Positions 22,379 to 33,569 of a DNA stretch of 64,000 bases are shown here, one piece after another. The notes beneath the pieces were generated by a model. It searched no databases, was not told the origin of the DNA, and saw only the letters and a list, made by a program, of their open reading frames with translations. Source of the DNA: Thermoanaerobaculia bacterium (lineage in GTDB: Bacteria; Acidobacteriota; Thermoanaerobaculia; UBA5066); contig CAVVDA010000001.1 in NCBI GenBank assembly GCA_963746875.1, positions 832,025 to 896,024 of the forward strand, read 5' to 3'. Numbering within the stretch: position 1 is the first letter of the stretch; every line of letters begins with the position of its first letter. Both the position numbers and the translations under genes were made by a program.

Positions 22379-23839
22379 TCAGCCCGCCCGTCCGCCCGAG
22401 GAGGCGCGCGCGGGCGAAGCCGGAAGGCGCGACAGGAGCCAGGCCTCGAGAAGCTCGGGACCGGTTCCGGCGCCGCTCTTCACGCCGCGGTCGATCGCTT
22501 CCAGCCCCATGAGCGCGCGCCTGAGGTCTTCCGTCGTCCAGCCGAGGGCCGCGAGATAAGCCTTGTGCAGGGCGAAGGGATGCGCCTCGAGGGAGAAGGC
22601 CGGAAGTCCCTCTCGCGGCGCCTTCAGGGCCGGCAGGATCCGATCCACGAACCCGCGATAGTCCGTGCGCCTGCCCACCGCCGCGGGGACCGCGCGCTCC
22701 TCCAGGGCGGCACGAAGGGCGAGCATCCGCCGGAGCTCCGCGGAGAGGAGGCCCAGGAGTGGAAAGAAAGCGGCCTCGCCCCGGGGGCCTTTCTTCGCGA
22801 GCGCCGCCTCCTCCTTCTCTCCCCAGGGCCGGAACGCCGTGAAGGTGGCCCCGGAAAGGAGCTTCGCGAGGAGGCGCAGCGCCTGAGGCAGGTCGCGCTG
22901 GACCACCGCCTCGACGAAGTCCGAGCCGTACTCCTTGCTCTCGTCGGCGATCTGCCGTGCGGCCTCTTCGCCCGTGACCCGCGGCCCGGCCGCCGCGTCG
23001 ATCAGGCGGTCGAGATCGGAAAGGAACGGCCTCGCGAAGAGCCGGCCCCGCCCCGAAAGGAGGTCGAACACCTCCTTTTCCACGAGCACCTTTCGTTCGA
23101 TCGCGCGCTCGAGGCCGAGCGCCGCGAGGCGCTCGCGGCGCGCCGCTTCGTTCGGCACGGACAGGTCCGCGGCCCGCGCGGCGCGCCTCAGGCCCTGCGA
23201 CCCGCGGTGCTGCGCATCGGGCGACACTGCCTGGACGAGGAGGACGTTGTCGGACGCCCGGGCCCGCTGCGCGAAGTCGAGGAGCGCGTCGAGCGCGGTC
23301 TCGGCGCCCTGCTCGGACGCGGGGACGCTCGAGAGAAGAGCGGCGAGCGCCCCGGCGCGGTCCGCGCGCTTCACGCGCCCGGCGATCCGGCGTGCCGCAT
23401 CGCCGGGGTCGTCGCCCACGGGGACGCCGGCCGCCGCGGCGAGGGCGGCGGCCTTGCGCGCGAGCCGCGCAAGGAGGCGTGAGTCTTCGCCGGCCTCCTC
23501 GGCCTCGTCCAGGAGCGCGTCGAGCTCTTCCGCCGTGAGGCCCTTTCCGCGGAACAGGTCGGTGGCCTCAAGGACGACGAGCCGGTTCGTGGCGAACAGC
23601 GCGATGGTCGCCGCGTCGGCCACGGCTTCCTTCACGCCTTCCCCCGTCGCCTCGTACGCCGTGACCTCTCCCTCGCGGAAGGCCTCGCGGAACGCCGCCG
23701 CCACGCGGCGCACGCCCTCGGCCACGATCCAGTCGTCGTCTCCGGTCAGGAAGAGAAGCGGGTGGAGAGGCGCCGTGCGCGCGGACGCCAGTAGCGGAGC
23801 GAGGGGCGCGAAGGGATCAGCGCGTTTCACGCGCCCCAT
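22379..23839 (-). CDS. holA: DNA polymerase III delta subunit (HolA)-like protein, unusually long
   Basis: Intact 486-aa ORF. The N-terminal pattern HPLLFLTGDDDWIVAEGVRRV...AATIALFATNRLVVLEATDLF is typical of HolA domain I. An extra acidic/Ala-rich segment follows, and the C-terminal helical domain is present. Confidence 0.55.
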   Translation of the reverse strand: MGRVKRADPFAPLAPLLASARTAPLHPLLFLTGDDDWIVAEGVRRVAAAFREAFREGEVTAYEATGEGVKEAVADAATIALFATNRLVVLEATDLFRGKGLTAEELDALLDEAEEAGEDSRLLARLARKAAALAAAAGVPVGDDPGDAARRIAGRVKRADRAGALAALLSSVPASEQGAETALDALLDFAQRARASDNVLLVQAVSPDAQHRGSQGLRRAARAADLSVPNEAARRERLAALGLERAIERKVLVEKEVFDLLSGRGRLFARPFLSDLDRLIDAAAGPRVTGEEAARQIADESKEYGSDFVEAVVQRDLPQALRLLAKLLSGATFTAFRPWGEKEEAALAKKGPRGEAAFFPLLGLLSAELRRMLALRAALEERAVPAAVGRRTDYRGFVDRILPALKAPREGLPAFSLEAHPFALHKAYLAALGWTTEDLRRALMGLEAIDRGVKSGAGTGPELLEAWLLSRLPASPARASSGGRAG

Positions 23840-23854
23840 CCTAACCGGGTGGCT

Positions 23855-24223
23855 CTAGAGCAATCCCTTGTCCTGCAGCTCCTGGCAGTCGAGGCAGTGA
23901 CGCGCCCAGGGAACAGCCTCGATGCGCTTCTCCTGGACGGGCTGCGAGCAATGGATGCACGTTCCGTACGTTCCCGTGTCGAGACGCGAGAGCGCCTCTT
24001 CGATGAGCAAGAGGACCTTACGGTCGGTTTCGGAAAGCGAGTACGCGAACTCCTTCGTGTACGCGGATGTCGCGCGGTCGGCCATGTCCTGCGCCGATTC
24101 GTCGACCGTTTCCTCGGAAACCTCGCGGTTCTTCGCGAGATCCTGGAGCAGCTCGTCGCGCCGGACGACGAGGCGCTTTCGCACCTTTTCGCCGGCCTCC
24201 TTCTTCAGGGGCTTTGCGGGCAT
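23855..24223 (-). CDS. dksA: DksA/TraR family C4-type zinc-finger protein
   Basis: ATG at 24223, 122 aa. It has a coiled coil with the DxxDxA tip (QDMADRA) and a C4 finger, CIHCSQPVQEKRIEAVPWARHCLDC. Confidence 0.85.
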   Translation of the reverse strand: MPAKPLKKEAGEKVRKRLVVRRDELLQDLAKNREVSEETVDESAQDMADRATSAYTKEFAYSLSETDRKVLLLIEEALSRLDTGTYGTCIHCSQPVQEKRIEAVPWARHCLDCQELQDKGLL

Positions 24224-24422
24224 CGCGGCGGTCTTGGAGTACCATGCTGATCGTCTCCCTCGAGGTACGTTCAGAACGGGAGAGCATAGCACGCCGGAGC
24301 CCCCGCCGGACTCCGATTTCGCGCCTGCAAGGTCCGAAGAGAGACCTCTTCGAATGCACGTCAAAGGACCTACGGTGCGCGTCGCCGACGCCGCGTCCAC
24401 TTCGGCGGCGCTTCCAGCCATA

Positions 24423-25385
24423 TCACTTTCTAAGAAGAGGTTCTCTTCGGACGTTACCCTGCCTCGCATAGAGCGTCTTGCGGGCGACCCCGAGGCGGCG
24501 CGCCGCTTCGGCCACGTTTCCGCCCGCCTCGTCCAGGAGGAGCGCGATGTAGGCGTCCGAGAGCTGGCGCAGCGTCCAGCGCGCGTGGGCCGCGGCGTGG
24601 AGGAGCGCCTCGGGATCCGAGGGACCCGCGAGCTTCACGTGCCGGGCGTCGATCGCGGCCGCCCCGGCCGCGGCCGCGTCGTTCGCGGCCCGGCGGACGA
24701 CGTTCTCGAGCTCGCGAAAATTCCCGCGCCAGGCGTGGGAAAGCAGCACGCGCCGCCCGGCCGCCGTGAACGTGGCCGGGCCGCCCGCGGCCTTCGCGAG
24801 CGCGCGCGCCGCCGGAAGAAGGTCCTCGTGGCGCTCGGCGAGAGACGGAAGGCTCACCGTGACGACCGCGAGCCGGTAAAAGAGATCCTCCCGGAACGTC
24901 CCGGCGCGCGCCCGGCGCGGCAGATCCGGCCCGGCCGACGCCACGAGGCGGGCCTTGAGGGGGAGCAGGCGCATGCCTCCCACGCGCCGCACGAGGCGCT
25001 CCTCGACGACGCGGAGGAGCTTGCCCTGGGCCCGAAGGGAGAGCGCGTCGACCCTGTCGAGGTAGAGCGTGCCGTCGCCGGCACCCTCGAGAAGGCCCGG
25101 CTTCCCCGCGACGGCGCCCGTGAATGCCCCGCGCTCGTGCCCGAAGAGCTCGCTCTCGAAGAGGTCGTCCGCCACCGCCGCGAGATCCACGCGCACGAAC
25201 GGCGCGCCGGCGCGGGACGAGCGGTCGTGGAGTAGGCGCGCGAGCCGGTCCTTGCCGGTTCCGGGCGCCCCGAGAAGGAGCACGGTGTTCGCCGAGTCGG
25301 CGGCGCGCGCGAGCCGCCGAAGCTGCTCCCTCAGGCCGCGATGGCGGGTTGCGAAGAGTACGGGCGCCGCGGCGGATGCCGCCAC
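24423..25385 (-). CDS. Sigma-54-dependent transcriptional activator (AAA+ plus Fis-type HTH, no N-terminal sensory domain)
   Basis: Intact 320 aa. Motifs: VLLLGAPGTGKDRLA (Walker A), ESELFGHERGAFTGA (GAFTGA loop), TLYLDRVDAL, FREDLFYRL, WRGNFRELEN, and the C-terminal HTH GNVAEAARRLGVARKTLY. Confidence 0.88.
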   Translation of the reverse strand: MAASAAAPVLFATRHRGLREQLRRLARAADSANTVLLLGAPGTGKDRLARLLHDRSSRAGAPFVRVDLAAVADDLFESELFGHERGAFTGAVAGKPGLLEGAGDGTLYLDRVDALSLRAQGKLLRVVEERLVRRVGGMRLLPLKARLVASAGPDLPRRARAGTFREDLFYRLAVVTVSLPSLAERHEDLLPAARALAKAAGGPATFTAAGRRVLLSHAWRGNFRELENVVRRAANDAAAAGAAAIDARHVKLAGPSDPEALLHAAAHARWTLRQLSDAYIALLLDEAGGNVAEAARRLGVARKTLYARQGNVRREPLLRK

Positions 25386-25392
25386 TCGGCTC

Positions 25393-27609
<2,217 letters not shown>

Positions 27610-27738
27610 TCATATCGAAGGTCCTTTGGACCTTCTCGAGCGTACTCGAGCTGAAGATGCCGGGAGAATTCACGAAAGCGCTTCGCGCCTTCTTTTCTTT
27701 CAACGAAAAAAGAATGACCCAAAAACCAACGAAACGAC

Positions 27739-28008
27739 CTACGCGGTCTTTTCCGAAACCGGCGTGACCGAGACGAAGCGGCCCAAGCGGCCCTTGTCGT
27801 GGAAGTTCACGGTTCCGTCCACCTTCGCGAAGAGCGAGTCGTCCTTGGCGCGGCCCACGTTCTCGCCGGGTTTCAGGGGCGTGCCGCGCTGCCGCACGAG
27901 GATCGAGCCGCCCGAGACGAGCTGGCCCGCGAACCGCTTCACGCCGAGGCGCTGGCTGTTGCTGTCGCGCCCGTTGCGGGACGAGCCCTGACCTTTTTTG
28001 TGTGCCAT
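27739..28008 (-). CDS. rpmA: 50S ribosomal protein L27
   Basis: Intact 89 aa: [43 protein letters not shown]. Confidence 0.97.
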   Translation of the reverse strand: MAHKKGQGSSRNGRDSNSQRLGVKRFAGQLVSGGSILVRQRGTPLKPGENVGRAKDDSLFAKVDGTVNFHDKGRLGRFVSVTPVSEKTA

Positions 28009-28080
28009 GAGTGATACCCCTCGAAGCCCTGTCCCGGAACTGCGGAAAGAAAGAGCCCCGAAAAAACGAAATCAGACCTT

Positions 28081-28401
28081 CTATCCGACGATGGACGCGA
28101 TGCGGATCTCGACGAGATCCTGGCGATGTCCGTGGGTGCGCTGAAAACCCTTCCGGCGCTTCTTCTTGTAGACGAGGAGCTTCGGTCCGCGAGTCTCGCG
28201 CACGACGACGCCGGTCACCATGGCGCCCGAAACGAGAGGAGAGCCGAGACGCAGGCCGTCGTCGTTGCCGATGGCGAGGACCTCGGGGAGCGACACCTCC
28301 GCGCCCTTCTTCAGGGTCTCTTTCGTGAGGCGCTCGACACGCACGACGTCGCCCTCTGCGACGCGCACTTGCTTGCCCCCGGTCCGGATCACTGCGTACA
28401 T
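28081..28401 (-). CDS. rplU: 50S ribosomal protein L21
   Basis: Intact 106 aa: MYAVIRTGGKQVRVAEGDVVRVERL...YKKKRRKGFQRTHGHRQ. Confidence 0.97.
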   Translation of the reverse strand: MYAVIRTGGKQVRVAEGDVVRVERLTKETLKKGAEVSLPEVLAIGNDDGLRLGSPLVSGAMVTGVVVRETRGPKLLVYKKKRRKGFQRTHGHRQDLVEIRIASIVG

Positions 28402-28473
28402 TGCTTACCTCGATTTCCCGAACAAAACGGCCGATGAACATACCAGACCGATGCCGTTCCTGTCAAAGCTCCG

Positions 28474-28923
28474 TCAGTCCTCGGTGACCTCGTCCGGAAG
28501 CTCGTTCGTGTCCGCGGGACCCCTCTTCGGGAAGAACAGCGCGAGCGCGTCGCCGACTTTGTCGACGGCCGCGACGATGCCTTCCGTGAACTTTCCCTGC
28601 GAAAAGAGCGCCTGGGCCACGTCCCGAGCCTCGGTCCAGAAACCGTCTCCGACTTTTTCGTGAATCCCCGCGCCCCCGATCACCGCGAAGGCGCGCGATT
28701 CCGGCGCGAGGAAAAGGAGACAGCCGGTGCCGTACACCGTCCTGTCCATCCCGAGCTTCCTGAAAGCGGCCTGTGCCGCTCGAAGCGCGTCGGAGACGGG
28801 CCCGTGGTGAAGGTGCACGCGGATCTCTCCGACGCTCTTGGACTCGGCGCGCTTGATCGCTTCGACGATCGCCGGCCGATCGAGGCCGTCGAAGAAGGCC
28901 GCCGCCTTCCTGCTCCTCGCCAT
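28474..28923 (-). CDS. TPM domain-containing protein (cytoplasmic-type)
   Basis: ATG at 28923, 149 aa: IVEAIKRAESKSVGEIRVHLHH...GCLLFLAPESRAFAVIGGAGIHEKVGDGFW. It starts 1 nt after the stop of the upstream TPM gene. Confidence 0.75.
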   Translation of the reverse strand: MARSRKAAAFFDGLDRPAIVEAIKRAESKSVGEIRVHLHHGPVSDALRAAQAAFRKLGMDRTVYGTGCLLFLAPESRAFAVIGGAGIHEKVGDGFWTEARDVAQALFSQGKFTEGIVAAVDKVGDALALFFPKRGPADTNELPDEVTED

Positions 28924-28924
28924 C

Positions 28925-29751
28925 TCACCAGCTCCCGCTCGCGCCGCCGCCGCCGAAGGATCCGCCTCCACCCGAGAAGCCACCGCCTCCCCGCCCCGCC
29001 GCCGAAGCCGCCAAACCCTCCGAAGCCGCCGGAGCCCCAGCCGCCGCGGCCGATGTACGAGTATCCGCCGCGATTCCTGAAGGCGATCGGGAGGATCCCG
29101 AAGAAGAAGAAAAGCAGGATCGCGAGGAGGAGGGGGACAGGCAGGGGCCGACTCCTTGCGTTGCCCCCGCGTCCTTCCGGTCCCCTTGTACTCGCCTCTC
29201 GTGGCCGCAATCGCGGCGGAGACGCCCGCGGAGATCCCGCCGCTGTAGTCGCCCGCCCGGAAGCGCGGAATCACCTGCTCGTCCAGCACGCGCCGCGCGA
29301 GCGCGTCGGGCATCGCGCCTTCCAGGCCGTAGCCCACCTCGAGCCGCGCCTTCCGCGACCCGGGGAAGACGAAGAGGATCATCCCGTTCTTCCGCTGCGT
29401 CTGCCCCGCTCTCCAGGCCTGCGCGCACACGACCGTGTATTCCTCGAGCGTGGTGCCGTCCGGGACCGTGCTCTGGGTGTAGACCAGAAACTGGTTCGAC
29501 GTCTCCCTCTCGAAGTCGGCTAGGCGCGCCTCCAGCCGGGCGGCCACGTCGGGCGCGATCACGCGGGCGTTGTCCGTGACGTACCGCGTCGGCGCCGGGG
29601 GGATCACCGGCCCGGCGGCGAACGCGGATTCAGACGTGAGCGCGAGAGCGAACGCAAAGAGAGAGAGCAAGAGGAAGATTTCTTTGAAGGTAAGAGGGGC
29701 AGCGCAGCGCTTTCCGGCAACGAACGACCGTTGGCCTCCGCCTCTTCTCAC
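28925..29751 (-). CDS. TPM domain-containing protein, YgcG-like, with C-terminal TM and Gly-rich tail (frame disruptions in the tail)
   Basis: Signal peptide FLLLSLFAFALALTSESAFA. TPM domain: YVTDNARVIAPDVAARLEARLADFERETSNQFLVYT...NGMILFVFPGSRKARLEVGYGLEG. The TM segment LPVPLLLAILLFFFFGILPIAF and the tail GGFGGFGGFGGG...GGGGFSGGGGSFGGGGASGSW* are in other frames (ORFs 28680..29210 and 28925..29428). Confidence 0.75.
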
Positions 29752-29791
29752 TCTAAGAAAATCCGAATTCTTCTCTTCTCTCGTCCCCGCG

Positions 29792-30391
29792 TCAGAACTT
29801 CACGGCCGGCGGTTTGTCCGAGCCTTCGGCGGCCTTGAAGTACGGACGGTCCTTGAAGCCGGCGAAGTTCGCCACGATGACCGTCGGGAACGACCGGCGC
29901 AGCGTGTTGTAGGCCTGCGTCACGTCGTTGAAACGGCCGCGCTCGACGGAGATCCGGTTCTCGGTGCCCTCGAGCTGCGTCTGAAGGTCGCGGTAGTTCT
30001 GATTCGCCTTCAGCTCGGGGTACTTCTCGATGGTGACGAGAAGGCGGCTGAGGGCCCCGCCGAGCTGGTCCTGCGCCTTCTGGAACTTGTCGAAGGCGGC
30101 CGGGTCCTTGATGGAGTTCGCGTCGAGCTTGACCTGCGAGGCCGAGGCGCGCGCCTGGATGACCTGCGTGAGCGTGTCTTTTTCGAAGTTCGCCGCGCCC
30201 TTGACGGTTTCGACGAGGTTCGGGATGAGGTCGGCCCGGCGCTGGTAGACGTTCTCCACCTGGGCCCAGCCGGCGCTGACGGCCTGGTCGGCCGAGTTCA
30301 GCTTGTTGTAGGCGCCCGCCGCCATGCCGCCGACGACGAGAACGCCGACCAGAACGAGGACGATGCAGCCGAGAGCTACGCTTTTACCCAT
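29792..30391 (-). CDS. lemA: LemA family protein
   Basis: Intact 199 aa with an N-terminal TM segment. Motifs: YNKLNSADQAVSAGWAQVENVYQRRADLIPNLVETVKG...EKYPELKANQNYRDLQTQLEGTENRISVERGRFND. Confidence 0.92.
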   Translation of the reverse strand: MGKSVALGCIVLVLVGVLVVGGMAAGAYNKLNSADQAVSAGWAQVENVYQRRADLIPNLVETVKGAANFEKDTLTQVIQARASASQVKLDANSIKDPAAFDKFQKAQDQLGGALSRLLVTIEKYPELKANQNYRDLQTQLEGTENRISVERGRFNDVTQAYNTLRRSFPTVIVANFAGFKDRPYFKAAEGSDKPPAVKF

Positions 30392-30469
30392 GGGAAAATC
30401 GCTCCTCCAAGAACTGATGATCCTATCAGGAACGGGTCAACTAATTGTGCGAACGGGCGTAACTCGTTG

Positions 30470-30961
30470 TCATACAAGCTTTTCCAGCAGTCTGGGGGGC
30501 AGGAGGAACTTCAGCTCCGCGGGCCCCAGCGAGGGATCCGAGGGAGCCTCGAACGCCGCCAGGCCGGCCTTTTTCATCGGAATTTCGAGGTCGGGGCGGC
30601 CCGAGAGGAGCAGCCCGAACAGCCGGCCGAAATGAGGTTGATGGCCGACGAGAAGGGCGCTGGCCGGGCGGAGCCGGGCGAGCTCGTGGAGGACCTCGAT
30701 CGGGTCGGCATTGGGCGCGAGGTTCTTCGTCTCCGTGAACGGCCGTTCGAAACCACAGGCCTCCGCCACCGGCTCGGCCGTCTGGCGGGCGCGCACGAGG
30801 GGGGAGACGAGCACGGCCTCGTAGCCGGGGTCCAGGTTCGCGATCGCCTTCGCGACGGCCCGCATGCGCTTCCTGCCTTCCTCGGTCAGCCGGCGATCCG
30901 GGTCCCGCCCGGTCGGCGAAACATCCTCGGCTTCGGCGTGGCGGAGGAGGTGGATGAGCAC
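30470..30961 (-). CDS. sixA: Phosphohistidine phosphatase SixA
   Basis: Intact 163 aa: MLIHLLRHAEAE...RRLTEEGRKRM...VLVSPLVRARQTAE...LLVGHQPHFG (RHG phosphatase motif). Confidence 0.85.
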   Translation of the reverse strand: MLIHLLRHAEAEDVSPTGRDPDRRLTEEGRKRMRAVAKAIANLDPGYEAVLVSPLVRARQTAEPVAEACGFERPFTETKNLAPNADPIEVLHELARLRPASALLVGHQPHFGRLFGLLLSGRPDLEIPMKKAGLAAFEAPSDPSLGPAELKFLLPPRLLEKLV

Positions 30962-30993
30962 GGGCGGATTCTATTCGCGCTCCGGAGCGGCGT

Positions 30994-31586
30994 TCAGTCG
31001 GCGAGATCGCGGGCGATCTCGGCACGGGTTTCCGGAGGAAAGGATCGCGCTGGCCCGATAGCCCGGGTGGTCGACGTGCAGGATCACGGGGTCCGGTCCC
31101 GCGGCGAGCGCCTCCCGATCCCGGGGATCCGTCTCCGATCGGGAATCGCAGGTACTGGACGGCCGCGATCCGATCCTCGCGCCCTTGTCCCTCGAGAAAG
31201 CGCGCGAATACCTTGCGGCCGTTCAGCTCGAGCCAGAGGTGCCGGCCCGAGGAGAGGCCCACGAGCCGGTCGAGCTGAGGCTGGATGCGAGCCTCCTCGG
31301 TGATCTCGACGAGCAGCGTGGCCGAAAGCTCGCCCGCGTCGGGCAACAGCTCGTTGTAGACGTCGATCTCCTGCTGGACGGCCTCCGGTTTCGCGAGGCG
31401 CTCGGCCCGGCACATCTCCTGGACCTGGTTCAGGACGGTGAGACGACTTTCGAAGACGAGCGACATGCTGTCGCCGAGGAGGACGCGCCGCTTCGCTTTC
31501 ACGGCGATCACGTCCTTCCGCCAGGCGTCGCGAATCAGCTCGTATTCGTGGAGGTTCTTGACGTCGTCGAGCTCGAGCTTTCGCAT
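30994..31586 (-). CDS. DUF3501 family protein (two frame disruptions near its 3' end)
   Basis: ATG at 31586 shares one base with the upstream stop (TGATG). The body reads MRKLELDDVKNLHEYELIRDAWRKDVIAVKAKRRVLLGDSMSLVFESRLTVLNQVQEMCRAERL...ELSATLLVEITEE...AAVQYLRFPIGDG. The C-terminus ...DPRDREALAAGPDPVILHVDHPGYRASAI...PETRAEIARDLAD* is recovered in other frames and ends at TGA 30994-30996. Confidence 0.7.
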
Positions 31587-32891
31587 CAGACAACCGCCAG
31601 CCCATAGGCGTCCCGGAGCACTTCGATCGGGTGAAGGACCGGGATCTTCATCCCCTGCCTGATCTGCACGCCCGCGAGCGCGCAGTCGGAGGCGATGACG
31701 TCCGCTTTGGCCTCGGCGAGGCCGTCGAAGAGCTTCTTTCCGACCTTCATCGAAAGGTCGAAATACTCCTCCTTCATCGCCCAGGTGCCGTCGTGGCCGG
31801 AGCACTTCTCCACCATCGTGACGGCCGCTCCGGTGGCGGCGAGGAGATCGCGCGACTTGAAGCCCATGTTCTGGACTTTCAGATGGCAGGGCAGGTGATA
31901 CGCGATCGACTTCGGGGCATTCGGGAAGTCGAGCGCGAGAAGGCCCTTCGCCTTCAGCTCGGCGAGGAATTCGAAGAGATCGCGCGTGCTCGCTGCGACG
32001 GCCTGCGTGTCCGTCGCGGGCCGACGCGGCCGCCTTCCCGTCCTCGCTTCGCTTCTCGAGCCACGGATATTCCTTCTTGATCATGAGGGAGCACGAGGGG
32101 CCCGGCGTCACGATCGTGTAGCCGCGGTCGACCCAGCTTTTCATCGAAGACACGAACGCCCGGCGGGCCTCGTCCGCGCCCTCGACGTCCCCCACGTCGA
32201 AGAGCGGCATTCCGCAGCACAGCGGATACGCGACCGCCACCTCGACCCGGTTCCTCTCGAGCACCGCGACCGCGGCCTGCCCGATCTCCGGCCGGTTCCA
32301 CTCGACGGAGCAGGTCGGGAAAAGCACGACCTTCGCGACGGGCTCCCCCGTCTGCACGGGGGCTTCGCGGGTCTCGAACCACGCCGTGAACGTCCGCCAC
32401 ACGAAATGCGGCAGGTCTTTCTCGGCCGAGACGCCGAGGGTCTTCTCCAGCGCCCAGCGCGCGAGCGGCAGCGTGTTCACGAAGTTCGCGACCGGCGCGA
32501 TCGGCCGCGCGAGGCGGCCGAGGGCGTCGGGGCGCGAGAGCAGACGCTCGCGAAGGGGCAGGCCCGTCTCCTTCATCCGGACGTTTCGCGACTCCAGGAC
32601 GAGGTGCGGGACGTCCACCGCCCAGCGGTGCGGCGGGATGTACGGGCAATGCGGGATGCAGAGCTTGCACTCGTAGCAGAGGTCCACGAAGTCGTCGAGG
32701 ACCTTCTTCGGCAGCTTCTCCGCCTCGCCGTCCACCTCCGCGACGTCCAGCCCCTTGAAGAGCACGTCGAAGGACGGGCACAGCGAGAAGCAGCGCCGGC
32801 AGCCGTGGCAGATGTCGGCGACGCGCGTCAGCTCGGCAGAGAGAGATGGTCTGTCGACGACCTTGACGGGGGTTCCGACGGCGCCCATCAC
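31586..32891 (-). CDS. (Fe-S)-binding protein, GlpC/HdrD-like with two CCG domains (one frame disruption near 32015)
   Basis: Two ferredoxin-type motifs (CHGCRRCFSLCP and CYECKLCIPHCP). CCG-type Cys patterns: LFPTCSVEW...PLCCGMP and YHLPCHLKV...EKCSGHDG...SDCALAG. The C-terminal part is in ORF 31586..31867. Confidence 0.8.
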
Positions 32892-32988
32892 GTTCGGATG
32901 AGAGATTCTTTGAAGGGGGACGGGCGCCTCACGCGCGGTGACCCCCCCCTCTTACCTTCTAAGCAAATCTCCTCTCTTCTCCTGCTCT

Positions 32989-33411
32989 CTAGGTCCCGAT
33001 CGTCGTCAGGAGCTTCGTAAAGCGGTTCGCGTGCGACTTTTCGGCGCGCGCGAGCGTCTCGAACCAGTCGGCGACCTCGGCGAAGCCCTCCTCGCGCGCG
33101 GTCTTCGCGAAGCCGGGGTACATCTGCGTGTACTCGTAGGTCTCGCCCTCGATCGCGCTCTTGAGGTTCAGCGTCGTCGAGCCGAACGGCAGGCCCGTCG
33201 CCGGGTCGCCCGCCGCCTTGAGGTAGTCCATGTGCCCGTGCGCATGACCGGTCTCGCCTTCGGCCGTATCGCGGAAATTCCCGGCAATCTCCGGATAGCC
33301 CTCGATGTCGGCCTTGTCGGCGAAGTAGAGGTAGCGGCGGTTCGCCTGGCTCTCGCCCGCGAACGCGTGCTTGAGGTTTTCGTGTGTCTTCGTTCCCTTG
33401 AGTTCGGCCAT
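32989..33411 (-). CDS. Rubrerythrin-family diiron protein without rubredoxin domain
   Basis: Intact 140 aa: [23 protein letters not shown]...[10 protein letters not shown]...[14 protein letters not shown]...[11 protein letters not shown] (ExxH diiron ligands). Confidence 0.9.
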   Translation of the reverse strand: MAELKGTKTHENLKHAFAGESQANRRYLYFADKADIEGYPEIAGNFRDTAEGETGHAHGHMDYLKAAGDPATGLPFGSTTLNLKSAIEGETYEYTQMYPGFAKTAREEGFAEVADWFETLARAEKSHANRFTKLLTTIGT

Positions 33412-33486
33412 GAAGTCCTCCTTCGTGTCGTCCGATCCAATTTAGACTCGATATAAAAAAGAATCAAGGGCAAATGGACATCTTTC

Positions 33487-33499
33487 TAGACTTAGTCTA
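33487..33499. promoter_or_regulatory. Perfect 6-1-6 inverted repeat TAGACT-T-AGTCTA in the rubrerythrin/ahpC divergent promoter region (candidate operator)
   Basis: Read directly from the sequence: tctTAGACTTAGTCTAaac at 33487-33499, inside the AT-richer 158-bp spacer 33412-33569. A further half-site, TTAGACT, is at 33442-33448. Confidence 0.4.
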
Positions 33500-33569
33500 A
33501 ACTAATGATCCAAGGCAGGGCCAGAATCGCCCGCCCGGGAAAGATAAGGCCCGCACAAGGAGAATTTCC

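Noticed and set aside
24224-24422. Possible sigma-54 (-24/-12) promoter between the sigma-54 activator and the DksA-like gene, and likewise upstream of the polyferredoxin gene (58628-58740).
   Set aside because: I scanned both spacers on the relevant strand. Only GG/GC pairs with the wrong spacing were found (for example GGCGTGCTATGC and TGGACATTCCCCGC), and there was no TGGCAC-N5-TTGC match.
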